Positions 52,881 through 64,000 of a stretch of DNA of 64,000 bases are shown here, piece by piece. The first letter of the stretch is position 1. Each line of letters opens with the position of its first letter. Source of the stretch: Octopus vulgaris. Its lineage: Eukaryota. Where the stretch lies: NCBI GenBank assembly GCA_951406725.2, contig OX597827.1:2790001-2854000 (forward strand). The letters run 5' to 3'. The position numbers were made by a program, and so were the translations under genes. The notes beneath the pieces were generated by a model. That model saw only the letters and a list, made by a program, of their open reading frames with translations, ran no database searches and was not told where the DNA came from.

Positions 52881-53294
52881 TCAAAGGATATTAGGATTAT
52901 CAAAGAAACCATTTCCACAGCCTTCATCAAGTGAAAATTCAGCCTAAATATTAATATTGTATATATTCTCTATCATACCATGGTTATACATTATTTATAT
53001 CAGTATTTGGTAAATGTTTCAACAGAGTAAATGATATAGACACAGTGGATGAAGAGTAAATGATATCTACCCTGTGGACCAAAATCACACTCCACCCTCT
53101 GGCTCCCACAGACATTTCGTCTCTATTCACTCTTCCTATCCTCAAACAATTACAATAGCTTCTACTCTTCAGAGTTGGCTGGCTGACTGGTCACCTCCAC
53201 TCAAGTTTTCTTGTCACCTACACTCAAGCATACCTGACTCATTCAGCTCTTTTCTTCTCTACACTCATAGTGAATCTGTACACTCTAATATTTG

Positions 53295-53450
53295 ACATTC
53301 TGGGTTCAAATTCTGCCGAGGTTGACTTTGCCTTTCATCCTTTCGGGGTCAATAAATTAGGTACCAGTTAGGCACTGGGGTCGATGTAATCGACTTAATC
53401 CATTTGTCTGTCCTTGTTTGTCCCCTCAGTGTTTAGCTCCTTGTGGGTAA
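53295..53450 (+). mobile_element. SINE family A, 5'-truncated
   Basis: ttctgggttcaaattctgccgagg...ccttgtgggtaa. Confidence 0.85.
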
Positions 53451-53507
53451 CTACATTTGCACCCAGTGCTAACCACTTGCCTGCTCTTGCTTAGAAATTC
53501 CTGCCCA

Positions 53508-53725
53508 GACATGGCTGTGTGGTTCAGAAGCTCACTTTGCATCAATGGGATTTCAGTTTCAGTGCCACTATGTGGCACCTTGGGCAAGTAAGTATCTTCT
53601 ACTATGTACTCCTAGGCCAACCAATGCTTTGTGAGTGAATTTGGTTGACGGAAACTGTGTGAAAACCTATCATGTGTGTGTGTATACATGTATGTGTGTG
53701 TGGAGACATGTATGTGTGTGTGTGA

Positions 53726-53760
<35 letters not shown>

Positions 53761-53970
53761 AGTGTGTGTATGTGTGTGTGTATCATTGTGTTTGTGTTTC
53801 TCACATTGCTTGACAAACCATTCTAGTTTGTTTACGTCTTCATAACACTAGCAGTTCAGCAAAAGAAACTGATAGAATAAGTACCAGACTTTAAAATAAT
53901 TACTAAAACCTTCAAGGCAGTTCCTGCAGCATGGCTGTTGTCCACTGACTGAAACAAGTAAAAGATAAGA
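53508..53970 (+). mobile_element. SINE family B, decayed
   Basis: atggctgtgtgg...ggcaccttgggcaagt...actgaaacaagtaaaaga. Confidence 0.8.
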
Positions 53971-54509
53971 TATATGATATCACCATCATCATCATCTGTC
54001 TGTTTTCCATGTTGGCATGGGTTGGATAGGTTGTCACTGTCTGTGTCCTATCTTACCTGGATGAATTGGAAGACTGTGCCTTCTCAGATGAATTTGAAGA
54101 CTGTACTTCGCTCAGAAATAAATATTTATTATTCACATTAGTGAGGTATCACAGTCATTCTTTTATTTGAGGGAGATGTATCAGCCACCAGTATATTGGT
54201 AAAGGATATAAATATCATCATGAAACAAAAAGAGAAACCATTACACTCTCTCTCTCTCTCTCTCTCTCTCTCATTGAATCAATGATTGTTTCATTGTAAA
54301 CCAGTAACCAATGATACAACTGTGAGAAAGAAGCTTTTACTTTGCTGTTTCCAATGTTCTGTGATGTGTAGCCATAGAGAAATGTTACCTTGTTTGGAAG
54401 TGGGTAATTGTTGGCAACAAGAAGAGCATCTGGCCATTGAAAATCTGCCTCTATAAACTTCACCCAACTCATGCAAGCATTGAAAAGTAAATGTTAAAAC
54501 AACAATGAT

Positions 54510-54706
54510 ACTCTTTTACTTGTTTCAGTCATTTGACTGCGGCCATGCTGGAGCACCACCTTTAATCGAGCAACTCGACCCCGGGACTTATTCTTTGTAA
54601 GCCCAGTACTTATTCTATCAGTCTCTTTTGCCGAACCACTAAGTGACGGGGACATAAACACACCAGAATCGGTTGTCAATCAATACTAGGGGGACAAACA
54701 CACACG

Positions 54707-54746
<40 letters not shown>

Positions 54747-54911
54747 TACGACGGGCTTCTTTCAGTTTCCGTCTACCAAATCCACTCACAAGGCTTTGGT
54801 TGGCTCGAGGCTATAGCAGAAGACACTTGTCCAAGATGCCATGCAGTGGGACTGAACCCGGAACCATGTGGTTGGTTAGCAAGCTACTTACCACACAGCC
54901 ACTCCTGCGCC
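54510..54911 (-). mobile_element. SINE family B, full length
   Basis: Closely similar to 334-751. Confidence 0.9.
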
Positions 54912-56064
54912 TATATGATGATGATATATAGTATGATAGGAAGAATATTTTTTATTAACACTATGGCTTGTCTCAGTCACACTTTAATAATTCATCTCTC
55001 TCTGTATATAGGATATCACATGTTATCACATTTCAAATACTTTATATCTGCATATTATGCACATTTTTTTCCTGAAAGAAAATGGGATTTCCATGATGGG
55101 GACTTTACTGGTGGAAGCTATAAAAGCAAACCTTTTGTAAAGTTCAAAGTTCATTTTCAACTTTACTTTCTGTTTAGACAGCATAAACATTTACAGTATA
55201 TTTTTATATACAGCAATTATAATAAATCTCACTAAACACACTTTTTCCATACATTGTAACCCTAAAGAAAATATACTTCTGATGAAATGTCATTACCCTT
55301 AATTATAAATGACTTGTAACACTAATCATTTATTTAAATATTAATGTCATTTTATTGTACTCCTGAGCAAAGCCAATTCAATTTACTCTGGTTTAGTTTA
55401 CAGAACAAAAATGTGATACCACACCTAATTTCCCAGGTGAAGCTAGTTGGGACTTTAAAGAGAATCTACCTGTAAATACACCTGTTCTAACACAATCACC
55501 CTAACAGAGAGAGAAAAATGCAAAAATGGTGGAAGAAATAGATATAAAACCAGAAAGGATGTGTGGTTCAGGTTTGATTCCACTGCACAGCACCTGATTC
55601 AAGTGTCTTCTTCTATAGTCTTAGATTTACCAATACTTTGTGAGAAGAATTTGTAGAAAGGAAATTGTGCAGAAGCCCATCAGATATAGGCACAAGCATA
55701 AATTCATGAGGTTTAGAGTTTTATCCCACTGCACAACACTTTGATAAAATATTGTCTATTATGGCCCCATTACAATCAATTCCTTGTGAGGGAATTTGGG
55801 AGAAACTTCAGGAAGCCTGACATAAATGTGTGTGTGAATGCTTGTGTTGGATGCAAATGTTACCACTTGATCAAAACAGAGATGATATCAACATTCCTAA
55901 TTGACTTTACAATTGGTCTTACTGTTCTTTCAAAGACCTCTGGTATAAATTAACAGAAAAAGTACCTAACCATTAAATTCTTGCCTCAAATAACACTCCA
56001 TCCAACCTGAAAGATGTATATACGATTGTGTTTATATATATTTATATATATATATATATATATG

Positions 56065-56442
56065 TAGGCGTGGCTGAGTGGTAAGTAGCTTGCTTATGAA
56101 CTACATAGTTCTGGTTTCAGTCCCACCGTGGGGCACCTTGGGCAGGTGTCTTCTACTATAGCCTCGAGCCAACCAAAGCCTTGTGAGTGGATTTGGTAGA
56201 CAGAAACTGAAAGAAACCTGTCGTATGTGTGTGTGTATATGTTTGTGTGACTGTGTTTGTTCCCCCAACATTGCTTGACAACCGATGGTGGTGTGTTTAT
56301 GTCCCCATAACTTAACGGTTTGGCAAAAGAGACTGATAGAATAAGTACAAGGCTTACAAAGAATAAGTCCTGGGGTACTCGATTAAAGACGGTGCTCCAG
56401 CATGGCCACAGTCGAATGACTAAAACAAGTAAAAGAGTAAAA
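56065..56442 (+). mobile_element. SINE family B, full length
   Basis: Matches 25496-25908. Confidence 0.9.
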
Positions 56443-56533
56443 AAGATATATATATACATATAAACATACACACCACCATCGTCATCATCTTGATTATCAT
56501 CATTACCTTAACTCTCAAGATATGTGTTGTGCG

Positions 56534-56587
<54 letters not shown>

Positions 56588-56775
56588 CGCCATGATAGAT
56601 CGTTAGCTCCTACACGCATTTTTTTCTCTCCTTGTTTTTTTCTGTGTATCTTTCTGTCAAAGAGCGTAGGCTTGAAACGTAAAAGATTTTTTCTATTCCT
56701 GAGCACTATATTAATACATTTGTTTGTTTGTACTCCACCTTCCCTTCGTCTTTTGTTTATTTTCATAAACTTTTC

Positions 56776-56778
<3 letters not shown>
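56588..56778 (+). mobile_element. ~190-bp hammerhead-bearing element inside (TA)n
   Basis: TCTTT-CTGTCAA-A-GAGC/GTAG/GCTT-GAAAC-GTA-AAAGA at 56649-56686; 3' fragment of the same family inverted at 57581-57647. Confidence 0.65.
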
Positions 56779-56821
<43 letters not shown>

Positions 56822-57312
56822 CTTTATTCTCATGAACTTATTATATACAAATGCATAATTTTATATATGCACACATAAATGCATTCATACATACACACAC
56901 ACATGTCTTGAGAGTTAAGATAATGGTAATAATCAAGACATGATGATGTATGTGTGCATATATATGTGTGTGGGAGTATATATAGTGGTTTATCTGTGTG
57001 TGTGAGTGTGGAGGGAGATAGTCAAAGAGAGAAATATATCAGGAGAAATATATGGGGAAAGTGTGTGTGTGTGTGTGTCTGCGTGCGTGTGTGCCATGAG
57101 ACAGAAATTATTGAAACTGATGCAAGTTACTAATAGAGAAAGATAAAAAGTTAGAGGAATTGCAAGGGAGAGTTTGTAGCATGTCTCAAAAGAGAAATGG
57201 TTCGTGGGGAGATTGTGGGTCTGAAAAGGCGAAGGAAGAATCGAGTTTTAGAAAGTATAGTGGAAAAAACAACGAGGACTGATAAAAATCTGAAGTGATA
57301 CATGTGTGTATA

Positions 57313-57355
<43 letters not shown>

Positions 57356-57642
57356 GCACGCACATGCATTTTCTTTGTAATGGGAAATAGAAAAAGAATC
57401 CAGTGCATAGGGCACAGTATACTTACATTTATTAAGCTGAAGCCATGTGGCTTTTCTTAAATTCCATGTTTACATGTTCATTCATGAAACTGCTGTCTGG
57501 ACAAATGTGTAAATACAAAATTTAATTAATGATCTATGGTTTAATAAAGTATGGCTTCAGCCAACTATATATATATATATATAACGGGAAGCTTTATAAA
57601 TAGGCAAAAGACGAAGGCAGGTGGAAAACAAACAAACAATTG

Positions 57643-57687
<45 letters not shown>

Positions 57688-57780
57688 TAAGGGTAGAAAT
57701 TGATATTTATCAATTAAGACCAGTGGTCTAGCATATTAAAAAAGAATCCGAAGATTAAAATATTTATATATACCAATTGG

Positions 57781-57823
<43 letters not shown>

Positions 57824-58392
57824 GTGTGTGTGTGCACACGTGTATGTGTGTGTGTAATTTCAGCCAGAAATAATCATCATAATTAATCCTTAAGCCAATT
57901 ATTTCTTTCTACCCATTACAGGTATAATTTTAGGTAATTAATAATAGAAAATATATATATGCTCACTACTTTACAGATTTCAATGCAAATTTCACCATGG
58001 TGTACAATATTTTGGCCAAGATGTGTGAGTATGTGTTCAGCTGCTAAGTCCTGTCAACTCTAGGAGAATGTGGATAGTCATCAATAAAAGAGTGTTTTTA
58101 CTGACTACAGAATGTGTCTCATGTGCAATATGTTCGTATTACATGAGGTAGAGAAGTTTGGATTGTAGCTACTTAACCGAAATATTAATTAGTAAAATTT
58201 AGAAAATGGTAAAAAGAATGAGAGAATTTAGAAGAAAATAAAGGTAAATATATAGGACAGAGATAAATCAGTTAAATAATTATTAAAGAATAAGTATGCA
58301 GAATGTCCAATTTTATTTAACACGTAAACACACACACACATATATGATATATGTATATATATATATATATGTAAATAGATAGATAGACTGGC

Positions 58393-58441
<49 letters not shown>

Positions 58442-58949
58442 TGCACACGTCTGTGTGCATGCATGTGTATTTAACATTTTACAGGTGTGTATGTCTGTGT
58501 GTGTGTGTGTGTGTGTGCATATATATATAGGTTTACAAAAGACAGGTAGGTAAGATAAATGAAGTGTTAAAGATAAGGTGTTAAAATAAAGAAATAAATG
58601 ATCTGTGTGTATGTATGCATGTATGTATGTATATATGCATATATATATATATCTGTATGTATAAATGTGTGTATGTCTGTGTTTGGGGAGGAGGTAAAAG
58701 TTAGTTGTAGAAGTGAGAAATATTAAGTGAAAGATGGGAAAGAGAGAGAGAGAGAGAGAAGCAGACAGACAGACAGAGTGAGAGTTTGTGACAGAGGTGG
58801 TGTTGTGAGGGGAGAGAGGGTCTGACTGTGACAGTTGGAGGTGGGTAGAGGATGAAAATATATTAGCAATAATGGTTGGAGGAGTAAATAGGGCTCCTCC
58901 CCACCTCACTCTTTTAGTCAACAGAGACACACACACACACATACACATG

Positions 58950-59003
<54 letters not shown>

Positions 59004-59069
59004 TTATATATATTTGGGGGTGGAAGTGAGAGGTAAGAAGTGGATAGAGTTATAAATTAATGAGAAAGT

Positions 59070-60660
59070 AATGACATTGATGATGATTATAGTAATGGTG
59101 ATTATTATGATGATGGTATTAGAAGTGGTAGAAGGAATATTGGTACCGCCAGAGGCAGTGGTGGTAGTGGTGATGGCAGATGAATGGTGGCTTTGGCAGC
59201 GGCAGTAACGGTAGTTGCCCTGATGGTCATAGAAATGGTATGGGACTGAGTGGTGGTGGTCTTAGTGACAATGGCAAGGACATTAGTGATAGTAGTTGTG
59301 GTGATAGTAATGGTAGTAGTAGCTGTGGTATTTGTGATGGTGGTGGTGATAGTAGTAGTAGTAGTAGTAGTAGAAGTAATGGCAGTGGTGGTGGTGGTAG
59401 TAATGGTATTTGTGATGGTGGTGGTGATAGTAGTAGTAGTAGTAGTAGTAGTAGAAGTAATGGCAGTGGTGGTGGTGGTAGTAATGGTATTAGTGATGGG
59501 GGTGATGGTGGTTGTAGTTGTTGTAGTAGTGAGTATTGGTATTGTTTCATGTAGTGGTATTGGTAAGAGTTGTGGTGGTGGTGGTGGTACCAGTATTACA
59601 AGCATTATTAGTGACACCAGTGGTTGTAGTGGTGATGGTGGTTACAGTAGTGTTGATAGTAGTGGTGTTGGTGGTAGTGGTAGTGTTAGCGACAGCTGTA
59701 ATGGTTGTGAAGCATTACTGATAAATGGAGCTAGTGGTGCTAGTATTACTGATAGCAGTAGAGGTGGTAGTAGTGGTGGTGGTGGTAGTTGTGGTGATAT
59801 TGGTTACAGCGTTAATGGCAATAGATGGATGGCATCAGTGGCTGATGGTATTGTAGTGAATGGCAGTGCATGGCATGGCTGGTGGTAATGGAAGATAAAC
59901 TGGAAACTAGTAAGGCTAACCTAGCTAGCGGCAGAAGTGTAGATGGCAGAGATAGATGTATGGGTGGTAGTGCTGGTGGTGGTGGTGGTGGTGGTGGTGG
60001 TGGTGACTCTGGTAACTTGTACATATAAAGTGTATTGATGGTGAGGGATTTGTAAATATGTGATGGTAGTGGTATGATGGTGACGGTGACGACGGTGGAT
60101 GTATAGAAGTGTCTTAATAGCATGGTGGTGGTGGTGGTGGTGGTGGTGGTGGTGGAAATTCTAGGTGTCTGGTGATGGCGGAGGTGGTGGAGGCCCGTGA
60201 AGACATATTGTGATGGGGGATGGTGATGATGGTGGTGATGGCGGTGGTGTTGGTGGCTGGTATGTAATTTATTGTGATGGTGGTGGTGGTGGTGGTGGTG
60301 ATTTGTAAATATAAGCGTATTGGTGGTGATACAAGTTGGAGTTGACATTACATAGAATTCTTAACTGTAATGTTGGTGGTGGTGTTGGTGATGGCGCTGG
60401 TGGCAGTGATGTTGGAGACAAGGTGACAACTGTTCCTCATAACTCTCTCCCCACTGGGCAACTCCCCCTCACCCCCACCCCACAAACAAAATCTCCATTT
60501 CCCCACCCCCTCATCACTTCTTGATTTCAAAGATGCTGATAGTTATGATGATGGTGAGGAGAACAAGGTTTATGAGGATGACAGTCATCATCACCATTAT
60601 CATCACCATTATCATCATCATTATTATCAAGAATAATGCGTAGGGTGATAGTGATGGTTG
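59070..60660. repeat. (GGT/AGT/GAT)n low-complexity region containing a ~75-bp tandem duplication (59315-59490)
   Basis: agaagtaatggcagtggtggtggtggtagtaatggtatt occurs twice. Confidence 0.85.
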
Positions 60661-60739
60661 TGCTGTTGACAGTCACACTAGTGTTACAAGAGAGAGAGAA
60701 AGAAAGAAAGAAGCAAATACAAGCAAATTGTTAGATACA

Positions 60740-61090
60740 AATTGATAAAGATAGACAGGCAGACATAGATAGACAGATAGATAGATCGACAAAGATAGAT
60801 AGATAGATGGATAGATAGATAGATAGATAGATCGACAAAGATAGATAGATAGACAGACAGACAGGTAGATAGATAGATAGATAGATAGATCGACAAAGAT
60901 AGATAGAGATAGATAGATAGATAGAATATATATATATAGAGATAGATAGATAGATAGATAGATAGATAAATATATATAGAGAGAGATAGATAGATACAGA
61001 TAGATAAGTAGATAGATGGATATTTGGATAGATAGACAGATAGACAGACAGACAAGCAGGCAGACACATATAGACAGATAGATAAATGGA
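60740..61090. repeat. (GATA)n microsatellite with three gatcgacaaa interruptions
   Basis: Read directly. Confidence 0.9.
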
Positions 61091-62520
61091 TAGAAATTAA
61101 CAAACACAGAGGAGAGAGAAAGAGAGAAAGTGTGACAAAGAAAACAGAGAAAAGATAAAGATGAGAGAGAGAGAGAGGGAGAGAGGTGGGTGTGAGGGGG
61201 AGATTAACGAACGTAGGAAGAGATTATTTATCGATTCACCTTCACTGCTGCCATCTAATATTGATTTTGATAACAAGTCTGTAATTAAAGCAATTCATTA
61301 AATTCTATGAGGAAAGATTAATCTCTTCTGAAGAACATTAAAAAACAACAACAACAGCAATAACACTTAGATACATACGTACGCATTATATACCTTATGC
61401 GTATGGTACATACATACATATATACACAGGCCTGCTACCACGCATACTCTTTTACATATAAATACACACACACACACACTCATGGCTACACATGTATGGA
61501 TACATACATGTGTGTGTGTATATGTTTATATACACAAGTGTGTGCATATATATATACATATACACACACACACAAACAAGGATGTGTACACGCATAAACG
61601 TGCACATATACAAACAATTACTTCTAAAGACACATGCTCTTATGTGTGTGTGTGTATATATACATATATATATATACACACACACACACATGTATATACA
61701 GACACTTAATGTTCATTCATTGTCACATGCGCACACACATTCATATATATATGTGTGTGTGTGCATATATATATATATACATACATACACACACATAGAG
61801 ATACACACAAACACCCTCATATTAATTTACAGATTTTCACACATCTATACATACACATAGGGACTCAAAGCCCCATGATGCATACAATCAGGGACACAAA
61901 TACATACACACACACACACACACGTCGTTGAACACATATATCTACAAACGAACAAATATGTTCACACATTTACATACATATAAATTCATACATTTTTACC
62001 TATGCTTCCATACACACACATACACATGCAAAGTTACACTAATACACACACACACACACACACTCATACATACATGCATACATCAATATATATATATATA
62101 TATATATATGCATAAATACAGTACACTCACAAGCATAACACACATATACACTCTCTCTCTTTCTCTCTTATACATACACACACATCACACAAACAATCAT
62201 AAAATCAAAATGAAAATCTAAAATATTTCAAATTATTTTGTCTGTCTTGTTTTTTCTATGGGTTTGTGGCATTGTTTTTCAGGTTTATTTTTCTCTTTGT
62301 TTTAGTTTTGTTTCTGTTATTTTTCATTGCATTATGTATTTATTTATTGTGGTTTCTACTTTTGTTTTTGGTTTTGTTATTCTGTTATAATATTTGTTTA
62401 ATGTGTTTTAATGTTATATGCAATATATGAGTGATGGTGTTTGTTTGAGCATGTGTGTGTGTGTGTGTGTCTGAATGCATATGTGCATGTGTATTCAAGA
62501 GCATATTATGTAAATATATA

Positions 62521-62565
<45 letters not shown>

Positions 62566-63527
62566 ACACACACACAAACAAACATACAAAAGTATATATG
62601 TGTATATAAGTGTGTATTTATGTGCATGCAGATGTATGTGTGTATGTATAAATTTTATATACCTTCGGTGTGTATGTGTGTGTTTCTGTATAAAAATATG
62701 TGTATGTATATATAAATTTGTCTTTTTTCCTGGTACTGTATGAATACATACTGTGGTTTTAGTCACGATTTGACTGCTATATCTAGTGTGGTGGTATATT
62801 TTAGATACCCTTAATTATAATTTTAATAATGTGTGTGTATATATATATATATATATACATACTCGTGTATGTGTATATATCATCATCATTTAAAGTCTAC
62901 TTATCCATGCTTGAATGCATGCATGGGTCGAATGGAGTTTGAGGCAAATTTTCTACAGCCAGAAGCCCTTCCTGTCACCCACACTCACCTCTTTCCAAGC
63001 AAAATAATGCTTCCACATTCCCAAAACATGGTTCCACAGAATATTGGAAAATCTGGTATGACAGAGACAATCATTTACAACTATCATGTGATGTCAAAAC
63101 AAGGGGACACAAACACAAGCACAAGCACACATAGACTTGTGTGTGTGAGTCAGATTGAATGGCACTGCCCAGATGTCGAAATCATAGTGATATCTGCTTA
63201 GGCTGCTGATGATGGGAATGCACACATTCTATGCTCAATTGTGGATTGCTTATATCTTAGACTCGTTGTCCTGGGTTGTCCTTTATTCTTATAAAATGGA
63301 AAGAGTTTGTCAGGATCGCTTACTTTGGTATTGTTTGGTTTTCTTCATAGGTAACCTAATTAAGCTTGAACGAGGCTTAGATATTGATATCACATTTTGG
63401 GAAGTTCTGTGGCACACACACACACACACACATAGCTTTGGTTCGACCTGGGGCTAAAGCAGAAAACACCTGCCCAAGATGCCACACAGCAGGACTGAAC
63501 CTGGAACCATATATATGTATGTATATA

Positions 63528-64000
63528 GCTGTGTAGTAAGAATGTTTCTTCATAAACACATGGATCTGGGTTCAGTCCTACTGCATGGCACCTTGGGCAA
63601 GTTTCTTCTATTATAGCCTCTGGCTGACCAAAGCTTTGTAAGTTTGTGAGTGGACTTGGTAGACGGAAACTCAAAGAAGCTTGTTGTATATATATAATAA
63701 ATTCAGGGTGAATAGTTGATAAGTGTAAGCACCTGTATATGCCAGCTAGTAGCAGAGGGGAGAGGATATATGTATCAAATGAAATAAAAAACAGAACACA
63801 AAGGATGTCGCATGTACCACGACATCCTTTGTGTTCTGTTTTTTATTTCATATGATACATATATATATATATATGTTTGTGTGTCTTTGTGTCTGTGTTT
63901 GTCCTCCATCATTACTTGGCAACCGCTGTTAGAGCATTTATGTCCCTGTAATTTAGTGGTTCAGCAAAAGAGACTGATGGATTAAGCAGTAGGTTTTAGT
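63528..64000 (+). mobile_element. SINE family B running off the window, with a fold-back insert in its microsatellite
   Basis: Head 63528-63690; body resumes ~63875. Confidence 0.8.
63698..63864 (-). mobile_element. Fold-back insertion, Penelope-like terminal fragment
   Basis: 45-bp arms 63766-63810 / 63820-63864 with one mismatch and a 9-nt loop; flanked by (TA)n. Confidence 0.65.

Noticed and set aside
59105-59888. Mucin-like Thr-rich and Gly/Ser-rich ORFs
   Set aside because: Open in several frames on both strands because of triplet repeats; no splice or domain evidence
1-64000. Conserved bilaterian miRNAs, rRNA or snRNA
   Set aside because: None recognised by eye; a covariance-model search would be needed to exclude them

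Overview
Eukaryotic, AT-rich, microsatellite-saturated DNA with the repeat landscape of a cephalopod genome (Octopus-like; inferred from the SINE sequences, not proven). No intact protein-coding gene is supported: nearly all listed ORFs are translated (TA)n/(CA)n/(CAT)n/(GGT)n tracts or SINE bodies. The window holds dozens of copies of three SINE-like families, a decayed Tc1 transposase, several Tc1/mariner-type non-autonomous elements, a (TAA)n-flanked non-autonomous element, minisatellites and a decayed Penelope-like GIY-YIG endonuclease fragment. The most interesting signal is a possible Penelope-like/hammerhead system. It comprises five type-I hammerhead-shaped motifs (three compact, two with a ~100-130 nt extended stem II, all with core substitutions in these copies) and several short fold-back insertions in microsatellites or AT-rich DNA. 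A candidate minus-strand promoter and non-coding first exon at ~48.9-50.0 kb suggests much of the window is one large intron.
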